In this document: positions 1-11,354 of the stretch, one piece after another | Layout: every line of letters starts with the position of its first letter | How positions within the stretch are numbered: position 1 is the first letter of the stretch | From: the human T2T-CHM13v2.0 reference genome, Homo sapiens | Assembly: GCF_009914755.1 (NCBI RefSeq) | Contig: NC_060931.1 | Reading direction: 5' to 3' (one strand) | DNA: 64,000 nucleotides | The notes under the pieces: model-generated | What the model saw: only the letters and a program-made list of their open reading frames with translations | Database searches by the model: none | What the model was told of the DNA's origin: nothing | Program-made: the position numbers and the translations under genes

Positions 1-1271
1 CCCATAAGCATAGGGTTATGCAAAAATGGACAAAGCAAACCAAAGCGAAAATGGACAAATGAGATCACATCAAGTTAAAAACCTTCTGTACCACACAGGA
101 AGCAATCAACAAAGTGAAGATACAACCAAAAGAATGGGAGAAAATATTTGCAAACTACCCATCTGACAAGGGATTAATAAGCAGAATATAAGGAGTTCAA
201 CTCAATAGAAAAAAAGAATCTAGTATTCCAATTTAAAAAATAGGCAAAATATATTAATACACATTCCTCAAAAGAAAACATGCAAGTGGAAAACGTATAT
301 GAAAAAGAGAAGGTGCTCAACATCATTGATATCACAGAAATGAAAATCAAAACTACAACAAGATATTTTCTCACCCCAGTTAAAATGGCTTTTATCTCAA
401 AGACAGGCAATAACAAATGCTGGCAAGGATAAGAAGAAAAAGAAACCCTTGGAAACTGTTGCTGGAAATGTAAATTAGTACAACCACTATGGAGAATGGT
501 ATGGAGATTCCTAAAAAAACTAAAAATAGAACTACATGTGATCCAGCAATCTCACTGCTAGGTATATAACCAAAAGAAAAAAATCAATATTTTGAAGAGA
601 TATCTGCACTCCCATATTTATTGCAGCACTATACACAACAGCCAAGATTTGGGAGCAACCTAAGTATCTACCAAAAAACAAATGGATAAAGAAAATTTGG
701 TACATATACACAATGGAGTATTATTCAGCCATTTAAAAAGGGATATCCTATTATTTGCAATGTGGATGGAACTGGAGGACATTATATTAAGTGAAATAAG
801 CCAGGCACAGAAAGATAAATTTCACATGTTCTCACTCATTTGTGGAAGCTAAAAATAGATCTAATTTCCAGTCAACAAATACTTAACTCTGTAGTCATTC
901 TCTAGAAAGTTCTATCATAAATAGAGCTCATAGAGCTAAAGAGTAGATGATGGTTACCAGAGGTTAGAAAGAGTGGTAGTGAGGCAGTGGGGATAGTTAA
1001 TGGGCACAAAAAGATAGTACCCATTTATATTTTACACGAGTAAAATATAGTATTTGATAGCACAACAGGGTGACTACAGTCTAATAATTTATTGTACATT
1101 TAAAAATAACTAAAAGAGTATAATTGGAACGTTTGTAACACAAAGAAATGTTGAATACTTGAGGTGGATACCCCCATTTACCCTGATGTGATCATTATAC
1201 ATCATGTGCCTGTAATAAAACATTTAATGTACCTCATAAATATATACACCTACCATACAAATAAAAAAAAA
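1..1271 (+). mobile_element. L1 (L1MA-type) ORF2 3' end and 3' UTR, continuing left of the window
   Basis: Degenerate ORF2 C-terminal sequence and L1MA-like 3' UTR (tacccccatttaccctgatgtgatcattatac...aaatatatacacctac); A-rich tail at about 1258-1271. Confidence 0.9.
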
Positions 1272-3439
1272 TTAAAGAACGATTTTAACTTCTATTTGAA
1301 TTCATCTAGAATGGGTAGTGATTAGTTATAAGGACACCCTCAATATAACCAGTTTTTAAAATGTTATAACAATGTCAACTTTAACACTGTACATCTTGTC
1401 TTTAAATCTTAAGGACCTATTTTTCAATCAACAAATACTTAACACTGCAGGCATTCTCTAGAAAGCTCTATCACAAAATAGATCCCTGCAGAGCTCTTGA
1501 AATAGGCCCTGTTAAGACCAGTAGTATTAGAAAAGAAGTCTATAGAACATTCCAGCGATTCATTGCTCTTTGTTTTTGAAGTTCTAGCCTTAAACTAAGC
1601 CCAACCTTCAAAAAACCACATGATTTGTCCCCAGGAACTCTAAGTCTCCATTGAAACAATTTACTTTCATTGTGTTGAGGCCTCAGCTGCTGTGAAGTTT
1701 GTCTGTAAAGAATAATTATGTGAAAAATGTGTCAACATCCTCTCTAAAAGAAAATAGATCATGTTGCTTATACTGTTCATTATGGTTTTACAGTCCCAGA
1801 GGCCTGAATTATCAACCAGATTCACGTAAGAGTCTTCCTCAGCCTCAAACTTAATGATTCACAAAGAATTCAAAACAATGGTGCCAGTAGCATGAATGTC
1901 AAGAAGACCTCAAACATCAGATGCAGTTTTCAGAATACCCTTTTCTGAACTGGGTTCATTTGCTTTCAATTATATCATCTAATCAGGTGCCAGTCAAGTT
2001 AACACAGGGAAACCACTGAGTTTGGGATCTTGTAAAATTATGTATTTCATTAATAACATAGTCCTGTTCTGGCTATATAACTAAATCCCACTATTCATCA
2101 CAGCTGCAGCATATAAATCCATAAATTTCAGATTCCTTTATAATAATCAAAGTAGACAAACTAGGTATACGTTTGTAAAAGCTTTTCTGTAAGTCCTTCC
2201 TTTTTATCTTTTAGCCTGTGTATTCCATCAGTCAATGTTTGCAAAGATTCAGATGTATGTCCCCTCAGGTATTCCGGAGGTGAAAGGAAACTCATTACAG
2301 ACCCACTATTAAATCTTTCCTTCCCATTTCCTATATTAGGATCCCTGGAATAAACAAACTCTAAGAATCGGCAGTAGAAAAATTTTCTCTCTCTTAAAAA
2401 TCTGATGGGCTTATTTTAACTGACAATGAGAATTACATAACTCAATGCATTTCCCTCTTTAGATTCTACAATATCATGCATAAAATGAGTATATAGTCTT
2501 TAAACTGTTTATATTCAATGTTTTATTTGTACCTGTATGTATTTTCCTTTGGAAATTGACCTTTTATTTCAAGCAATCTCAAATCATTTGGGGGATAAAT
2601 ATAAAGAGCTAAAATTTGTATGTTTATCTAGAAAAAAATTACAATAAGCTTTCTTTTTCCTTCATAAAAGATATTGTATCTATAGGCATCATTGACAAAA
2701 AGACTTCTGATGGCAATATTATTTGTTTTCCACCTCTGCTTCTTCATCCTTTTACACTTCCTTATCACAACTAGAATTTATACACATCGTGGTTAAAGGT
2801 CACGTAACTTAGTTCCTATTTTTGGAGATATTTTTCTACCACATTTCCCAAGCTAAAGCTCTCTGAGCTAACTGTAATGAACCCTGCACTGCAAACCCAG
2901 GGACCTTAATCAGCTGTTGCCTATTCACTCCTTCTGAAGTTCCAAAGTTCCTGAACAGTGAAAGGCTTAAGGGAACAGAAATTCTAATCCATGAAACTTG
3001 AATAGCTCTCATGGGCTGACAGCATCATCATCATGCTGAGAGAAGGAATGAAGAGTGAAGGCTACCAGTGGTTGCACAAGAGAGGGAAAAGGAATAGTGA
3101 GAATAGGTGTTGTATTTTATGATTAGGTAAAGCAATTAAAGGGAAACAGACTATCAAAAAGAAAAAAAGACCAAGATTGACTCCAAGCATATAGTGAAAT
3201 TTTTCTCTTTTACTTAGGTATGTCAAGTACCTAAGTAAATTATAAATTTACTTAGAATTATAAAATATTGAGATTAAAGGGACTTTAAAAATCGTTTTAT
3301 CCAACCTCTTCATTCAAACAAATTTAAGATCAAGTTGGAAAGAGAAAGACTGAATATAGTGGCAAAGCAAATCTTCTTTTCCTTTTCTCTCCAAATTTCT
3401 TATTTTTCTTTTGAATTTATTTATGGCTTTTCTTTGCTG

Positions 3440-4520
3440 CATCCCATTTTGGAGGTCAAATTTATCAGTCTTTTCCTTAATAACTTCAAGAATATTAGTT
3501 AGGAGAGGGTTTTTTTTCATTTCAGTTTATAGAAGAATTCACTTATTTTTAGTTCATGTAGAGTTTTTTGTGTTTTCATTTTAAAAACTCAGGTCTCTAA
3601 TTAATTAGAAGAGTTATTCTTGTTAACTCCTCTAATTAATTTGAATTAAGAGCCCACTTTCATCTTTTTTCAATGTTTCTCTAGTAAACTAACACCACTT
3701 GTTGAAAAGTTTATGTTTTCCCCAATTATTTAAAACGCAGAAACTGTTATATACATTTGGGTCTATTTTTGGATTTTTGATTGTGCCATTGGGCTGTCAG
3801 TCCATTCATGTGCCAATCTATATTGATTTAATTTAGAAGCTATACAGTATGTTATCATATGTATTAGGGCTACCTTTCTCATTTCCTATTGCCCCTTTTT
3901 ATTGTATTTTTTTTCTTCATAGCCATTTGAGCTTCATAGTTTTTGTATAGACTTTATAATAAATTTATCTGTTTTTTAAAACTTGGTTTTTTTTTTTGAG
4001 TTCTTATGTAGAATTGATATCTTTGTGATGCTTATTTATTCTAAGAATATAGAATACCTTTCCATTTGTCCAAATATAATGTCATATGTTTCGTGAGTGT
4101 TTTAATGTTTTCCTTGTACCTTGTGTGCGTTTAACTTTACACTTTCTTTTATTATTTTCTGGTTGTTCTATTCATTCGGAGCATCCAAATTTTCATTCTA
4201 ACCTTCCGTCTTTATTCTCCTCTTTGTTTTAGTTTTAGATGTTACAATTCAATATATGCAGCAATAATTGCCAGCAGTCCTTGTACTGAAATTATCTCTT
4301 AATTGGATGAATACTTTTCTCTATCAAATTTCTTAAGAAGAACTTGTGAGTAAAATATGAACTGACTTCTTACATGGTTAAAATCAGTTTTCAGTAGTTG
4401 TGAAAATTGAAGGACAGTATATAAAACCCTTGGTTCACACATTGTTTCTTGGAAATGTTATTCTACTTTTATCTAACATTATATGCTGACAATTTCCAAC
4501 CTGAGTTTTAAAATTTCTTA
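3440..4520 (-). mobile_element. Highly degraded old L1 fragments (L1M/L1ME-like)
   Basis: T-rich stretches resembling antisense L1 ORF2 (tacatttgggtctatttttggattttt; ccatttgtccaaat); boundaries approximate. Confidence 0.5.
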
Positions 4521-5140
4521 TTTGTAGTTGTCTTTCATATCTGCAATTATTTGTTTAATTATGCTCAATTCATGTTTCAGTATTGTGTTACAATTTCCCT
4601 TTGATTTGTGACTTTTTCTCAGGACAAGGCAATTGTCATTATTTTACAGAACTCTTCCATTTTCTTTTCCTTTCTTTTTTTAGAAGAGTGAACAAGTAAA
4701 TAGTGCTCACCATCTCCTCTAGAGCAGGATAAGAGATGTTTCAGTATCAAAGTAAAATGTGCCACAGTTTCCCATTATTACTGAATGGTAGCACTTTGCC
4801 TCTCTTACGACTTGATTTTCTCTTCCTGGGACTCAGATGTCTCTTTGCTATCAAGTAAACCTTCTGGCTACTTGTCCATTACCTATTTTCAGTTATGTTT
4901 TCTAATGCTGTCTTCAGTATCAGAAATGATGAGAAATTGAGCATTTTTCCCTTGGAGAATATAAGTTGGCCCTATCTTGCTAGCTGAGTCCTACATATCC
5001 AAAATCAATAACCTCAGTTTCTTCCCACATTCCCTAAGATTTAAAGAATAATTAGAATGCTGTAAATCAGTGTGGTACCAGATGCACCCCAGCAAATGAT
5101 AGCTCTTGGAATAGCATCTGAAATGATAATGTGTACTCAC

Positions 5141-5378
5141 TTGGAATTCAGAAATGAAAATGTCCCAGTGCCTTGCTTTATTACTGAAGGGAATCAGTCT
5201 TACACCACAGCAATTGCCTGTTCCCACCAGCTGACAATGAAATGAATACGCTGTAGGAGCTGAGATGATTGTGGCATTAAACTTAGCAGCCTCTCCATGA
5301 TCCTGCAAGACTGCTACTGAATCTAAACTAAATCAGTTCTGAGAAGAGTCTGTATAGAACTTGTTCATCATTTGAAAT
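5141..5378 (-). pseudogene. Pseudoexon of a V-ATPase accessory subunit S1 (Ac45/ATP6AP1 family) paralogue, LAMP-like luminal domain, with a premature stop
   Basis: Minus strand reads tttactcattttccccctccag|A TTT CAA...TTC CAA|gtgagt; 238 bp, phase-2 start and phase-0 end. Translation FQMMNKFYTDSSQN*FSLDSVAVLQDHGEAAKFNATIISAPTAYSFHCQLVGTGNCCGVRLIPFSNKARHWDIFISEFQ matches the recalled Ac45 family pattern WF-FNA-P-YSFHC-W-DFQ. TGA at 5333-5335 occupies the conserved Trp position. Confidence 0.85.
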
Positions 5379-5904
5379 CTGGAGGGGGAAAATGAGTAAA
5401 ATCAAATGAGTTAGAAAAGACATTATCAACTAAGAGACAGCTCAGGGATGTTTTAGATCAGGCTGAGAAAATAGGACAGAAACAGCCAAACAGCCTGAGG
5501 AGAGTTGACATCATCTGCGAAAATCTAAGAGATTGTTTTATTACTGTCATCAGTTGTGATTATGATAATAATAGTGATCTGGTGTGCAGTGAACACAAAA
5601 CAATGCAGTAGCAACAGGACTGGCTATATATAAAAAAAGGAATAATATAGATTTTCTGACTGGTAAGCTTGGCATCTAAGTTACCCAGACTATAACCAGA
5701 GCAGGGACATCGAGGAAATTGAGTAAATGCCTGAGATAGGGCAAGCATCTGCATATATTATGACATTGGTCTTACTTAGTCCTTTAATCTTTCACTTAGA
5801 AGGGTAATGAATGAGGGAAAGATCAGTCCTAGGGACATTATGAGTGGAGGGAGCAAAGCAAAGGTGACAAGTATATTAATATCTATGGGTAAAGCTTTCT
5901 GAAT

Positions 5905-6012
5905 ATGACATCTCATTTAAGGTTCACAACAATGCAATCAGTTAGATACTATGATTTCCATTCTATACATGAAGTAATTGAAGTTTTGAGGAGTTAAGAA
6001 AATTATCCTAGT
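5905..6012 (-). mobile_element. MIR fragment
   Basis: tctcatttaaggttcacaacaa...ttccattctatacatgaagtaattgaagt resembles the antisense MIR core. Confidence 0.5.
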
Positions 6013-6319
6013 GCCAGCTGGCCTGTAAGGAAAGCAAGTGGCCAGTAAAGAGAGCAGGGGCTGAAAGCCCAGTGAGTCAGAGCCACAATATTCCAGATTG
6101 AGGGCCTTGCACCAAAGCTGGACAAGGAGATGAAATGGAAGTTGCCTGAGATGTGATCTCCATACAAACCTTTCTCATCTACATGACCCTGCTGTGAGTC
6201 ACTTCTTTAATGTTAAGGAAATTGGACAACACATGAGATCGGGCATCACAAGTAAATGCATAAGGGGAAGAACTAGTTACAGTTCTCCAACTCCTATAAG
6301 AGCATACTCATACTCCTAT

Positions 6320-6645
6320 AAGTCATGCATCACTTACATATGGATATATGTTCTGAGAAATGCTTTTCATCAGATTACTTTGTTGTGCAAACATCATAGA
6401 GTGTACTTACACAAACCAAGATTGTATAGCCTACTACACACTTAGGCTGTATAACATAGCATATTGCTCCTGGGCTACAAACCTGTAAAACATGTTACTG
6501 TACTAAATACATATGTTACTTGTGTATCTAAACATATCTAAACATATAAAAGATACAGTAAAAATACAGCATTACAATCTAATGGGACCACTGTCATACA
6601 TATGATCTGTCATTGACCAAAATGTCATTATGTGATGCACAACTG
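6320..6645 (+). mobile_element. Tigger3a/MER7-type non-autonomous DNA transposon
   Basis: Ends agtcatgcatcactta...ttatgtgatgcacaactg with flanking TA; internal catcatagagtgtacttacacaaacc and gctacaaacctgta. Confidence 0.85.
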
Positions 6646-6916
6646 TACTTTTATACTTATGCTCCTATCTTTAAATAAGTAGCCCCAGAAAGATATAAGA
6701 GATTTTTTGATTGGATGGACATAAAATTCAACTTGTTAATGCCAGGTTTAGCTCTGGTAACTAAAATATCAAACTACTTGGGAAGTATGAAGAAACTTCT
6801 TGGGGTCACAATGCATTCTTATGTCTGTGATATTCAGCCTCTGTAAATATTGATGCAATTGTAAATCATGCCAAACTCCATTTCCTAACAAGTATTAATT
6901 ATAAGAGAATTATGCA

Positions 6917-6985
6917 AGAGTTTGAGTCCAGCCTGGGCAACATAGTGAGACCCTGTCCTCAAAATAAAAAAAATAATAAAAATAA
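6917..6985 (+). mobile_element. 5'-truncated FLAM/AluJ-type monomer
   Basis: gagtttgagtccagcctgggcaacatagtgagaccctgtc plus A tail; degenerate TSD agagaattatg/agaggattatg. Confidence 0.75.
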
Positions 6986-7209
6986 AGTGAGAGGATTATG
7001 TCTGAAATGGCCCTGAATTGTCAGTTTACCTTTTTACTTCTGACTAGTGTATATTTGTAAAGAATTCCTTACAATTAGTTATGTTTTGTGAAAGCACAAA
7101 ACCACAGTGACATTTAAGCCAGGACCATTATTCTGTGTTTTTAATAAATGTACAAATTAAGGAAAAAAGAACAAAAGAAATTAAATATTTTAAATGTGTT
7201 ATTATCTGC

Positions 7210-7520
7210 AGTGATTTTTCTGTATGTTTGATTTAACAATTACTGAAAAATATGACTAAATGTCGCATTTTCTTTTGTATTTGTCTACAAAGAATAAATC
7301 TTTTGCTGATCTATCAATTCTTGATATATTTTGAAATGTTATTTTTAATACACTTAAGCTTAAAATACAGTGAAGTAGTACTTTAAAAAGTTACATTGTG
7401 ACCATTTTTGTCTTTAATGATCCTTTATTCCCTGTAAGTTTTCTTTGTCTGATGCTAATGTAAGTATACCAACTTTCATTTGCATAGAAACATCCTTTTC
7501 CATCCTTTGGCTTTTAAGTT
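7210..7520 (-). mobile_element. Degraded old L1 fragment
   Basis: Antisense L1-like text (tctttgtctgatgctaatgtaagtataccaactttcatttgcatag...catccttttccatccttt). Confidence 0.45.
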
Positions 7521-7641
7521 TTCTTTATATAATACTAATATAAGTATGCCAGATTTTGTTTGGTTGGAAATATCTTTTCTTATTCATTGATTTTCACTAT
7601 TTTTGGATCTTAACAAGATATAGCTGAGTCGCATACATGTG

Positions 7642-7858
<217 letters not shown>

Positions 7859-7864
7859 TATATA

Positions 7865-8112
7865 TTATGTTTTTTCTTACACATTGATACCCAAGATAAA
7901 ACTTAATTTATAAATTAGGCCTACTAATAGATGAACAATACCTAATAATAAAATAGTACAATTATAACAATATACTGTAATAAAAGTTATGCAAATATGG
8001 TCTCTCTCTCAAAATATCTTATTGTACTGTATTCACCTATTTTCAGACCATGGTTGATCATAGTTTATTGAGACTGAGGAAAGTGAAACTATGGATAAGG
8101 GGAGATTACTAT
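7865..8112 (+). mobile_element. MER44-type (Tigger family) DNA transposon fragment
   Basis: ttaatttataaattaggc...ctctctctcaaaatatcttattgtactgt...gaaactatggataaggggagattact terminal repeat. Confidence 0.8.
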
Positions 8113-8124
8113 GTTTAAAAACCA

Positions 8125-8462
8125 TATGAATAGAGGGAACACAGAGAATTTTTAGGGCAGTGAACTACCCTGTATGGTGCTATGATAATGATGAATATAT
8201 TTCACTATACATTTCTCCAAACCCATAGAATATCCAACACCAAGAGTGAGCTCATGTGAAAAATGGGCTTTGGGTGTTTTTAAAATGTTATGTCAATGTA
8301 AATTCATCAGTTATAATAAATATAACACTGTGGTAGGGAATGTTGATGATGTGGGAGGCTATGCATATGTGGAGGCAGGCGATATATGGGAAATATCTGT
8401 ACTCTCTATTCAATTTTGCTGTGAACCCAAAACTTCTCTGAAAAATAAAGTCTGTTTTTTTA
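8125..8462 (+). mobile_element. L1MC 3' UTR fragment
   Basis: acacagagaatttttagggcagtgaa...tcaattttgctgtgaacccaaaacttctctgaaaaataaagtc. Confidence 0.8.
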
Positions 8463-8621
8463 AAGTATGCACACTAGATGTGCTCATTACAACTAGAATG
8501 TCATTGCTTTTTTCTAGACCAGCTTAGCTGACATAGCTAAGAAATACAAACACACATATTACATTTTTTTTCTATATTTTCCACCTCCATTTCTACCTGG
8601 GAATTTTCTATATCTTTTCTC

Positions 8622-8742
8622 TTATCCATTCAATCAGTAAATTTCTTAAGATATATCATGTGCCAAACAATATGTTTGGTGCTGGGGAAGATGTGCAGAA
8701 TAATATAGGGTCCTTGCTTTCAGGGAGCTTAGATTCTAGGTG
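8622..8742 (-). mobile_element. L2 3' end fragment
   Basis: ccattcaatc...catgtgccaaaca...ggtccttgctttcagggagcttagattctag. Confidence 0.55.
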
Positions 8743-9859
8743 TCTTAGCCTAGGAAGAATATTTTAGTTTTACTGTAAGATACCTTCAGATAACTCATCA
8801 TTCTCACCACACTTCTATTTTAACTCTGCAAGATTAGATAAGCTGTTCCTTATAATACTGAAGATATAACACTATATCTTTATTTTGTTGTTTGTTTATT
8901 AGTATGCAAAATTCTTACTTATATGGCTAAGTAAATACTTTTATTTCTTAGCACATCAAAAGGAACTTGTCAAGTTTTGACTAAGTTTTTTTTCTCAAAT
9001 GGCTAAATGTAAGCTTAAAATTTTTAGAAAATAATTGTAAAGCACAAAAATGCATTTAAGAATTGGAATAGAAAATTGTGGAATTTCTATACAGTTTCCC
9101 TAAAATATTTGAGTTATTTAACAAGAAATTTTGAAAGAATGGAAGACTATTCATACAGGTGCTTTCAGAAAACAAAATACTCACCAATTATCTCAAAGTG
9201 TCTCATCTGTGCAGTCTTGTAAAATTAGGAACATAGCTGAAGGCATATTTCATCCCCATAAAATTTTACTTAATAAGTAATTTTATATTGTTTTAATCAT
9301 AATTTTATCCTAAAATTTCCTTTCATATAATTACAAACTGTTTTCTTAAGATTTTAAGTTGAATGCTTGCTGAATTAATTGTCTATATTTTAATCACATC
9401 AAAAATATTTTTAAAATTTAAATTTACTTTGATCACTGTTGTGGCCTTATTTCATAGTTTCAATTTATACATAGGTTAAATGTTTATAATTTCAGAAACA
9501 TTCTATAGGCTTATTTTATTCTTTCTTTATTTATTGGCCCAATTGTTACTTTAGATAATTTTTTAAATTAAAAAAATCAGCTTTCTTTACACAAATTCAC
9601 GGTATTCTGCTTTAAGAGTGATCTAAAATATATTCTTCAAATTTTCTGATTTTCAAATTTATATAGATTTTCTTTCTGTGTGTTATAAAAACAATTTTGG
9701 AATGTAAATAATGTGCACTTAAAAAGATGGATAATCCTTTTAAGTCTATAAACTTTGGTAAATATTAATTATTTCCAATAACTGAATTTATTTTCTCTGT
9801 GTTCTTGTTTTGTTTTACCGGGATTTGGTACAAATAGTATTGAGCTAAAATCAATACAA

Positions 9860-10075
9860 TCTCTGGAGGTCAACTACTGGGGTTTAATATTAGTCTCACC
9901 ATTTATATATGATCTCTGTCAAATTACCTGGCCTTTATGTGCCTTAGTCTCATTATTTCAAAAATGGGAATAATACTATTTGCTTTATAGGATTTATGTG
10001 AGAATTAAGTATTTACAAGATGCATTTAAAACGTGTACATAAAACTAGCACTACACAAATGTTAGCTATTAATAC
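9860..10075 (+). mobile_element. MIR
   Basis: gtgccttagtctcattatttcaaaaatgggaataatacta...ggatttatgtgagaattaa MIR core. Confidence 0.6.
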
Positions 10076-11354
10076 TATAGTTGCTTTAAACTCCACTTGG
10101 AATTTACATTTAGTATTTTTTCTTGTTTTCTCTATTCAGTTTTTTCTTTTTAATTTTTCTGCTTTAGTGTTATGCTATAGTAAAACAATTATTTGATTCT
10201 TCATTTAAATACAATATGTCTTTGATGAGTAATTTAGACATCATTCACATAAAAAATTGCTCTGCTACTCCTATTATCTGCCATTCTGTATTTGTTTTAT
10301 CAGTGATTGCATTTGTTATATAGACTTTTTTGTTTATTTTATAATTTTAAAACTTTTATAATGGTATCTTTGAACACGTTTTAAAAATCCATTGAAATCA
10401 CCCACTAAAACTCTTTCCAGGTTAATTATCAATTGTGTCTCACAAGCCAACTTAGCAATTTCGATCCCCTTTATAATGGAGAAAGCATTTCACAATTTTG
10501 GGCTTTCCCTCCTTGCCTTCTCTGACTCCTGCTTTTTCTTAGGCTAACCCAGGGGCCCATTTTAATGGGGTGAGGGAGAAAGTTTAATTAAACTAAGCAT
10601 TTGGTCTAATAATTACTGAAAATAACCTCATTTCTTCCTTTTCTTGGTCTTATAATTTCTTCTTGTTCTATCATTATCTGCTCTCCCAGCTCACAATTTT
10701 TCTTTTATTAACTTAAATTTCTGCAGAAGAAAAAAAAGTGGTGCTTTAAAAAATATTAGCTTTTTGGCATTACAGGGCTGAATGGAAACTATTCTATTAT
10801 TTACAGAAAATACTTATTCCAAAGCAAGGCCACTCTTGGAAGGAGAATGAGAATTTAAACTGAACTGCTCTACTTAATAATGGAAAGTATTAACTTGTTT
10901 GTAGGCTGGGTGACATCTACACAAAGATATTATGATTTTAAACTGGAAGAGATTGAGGGTTTTGGGACTGGGGAAGGGACAAGAGAGAGGGGTGATGTGA
11001 AAGAGGCGGAAATGCTCATAGTGTTCATGAGCCCCCAAAATTTGTGAGGTTGGGAAATCTCTGTAAAATGGCAGAGGTGGCACCCTTAGGAGCAGTGACC
11101 CCGACATCCAATTTAAAGTTACCTTTTCTTCATTAAAATTTCTGGGAAGATTTCTTTTGGGCCACCACCTATTATAGCCTAGTAAGAGCTTGGACCTGAG
11201 GGATGTTGAGAACCACTTTGGTGTGAAGTTGAACTGCAGCTGCACAGAGTGATATAAAGATAACCATATATGGTAGAGAAGCCCTCAGCAGGGTCTGAAG
11301 CAAGAAGGAGAAGTGATGTGCTTTGGGTGTGTGCAACCCTGCCCTCAAAATTGG

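Noticed and set aside
2836-2905. Minus-strand frame VPGFAVQGSLQLAQ resembling the start of the terminal Ac45-family exon (IQGF...)
   Set aside because: No polypyrimidine acceptor, and no DC/GIWMG motif or transmembrane segment follows. The last exon is probably left of the window or lost
4991-5308. ORF-track 105-aa ORF taken as a standalone gene
   Set aside because: It starts at a non-ATG codon inside the pseudoexon and reads through the splice donor into intron; only 5141-5308 is homologous to a protein family
5680-5830. Two short exon-shaped segments considered as the small exon preceding the Ac45-like exon
   Set aside because: Lengths and phases do not fit a phase-2/phase-2 exon, and similarity is limited to a few residues
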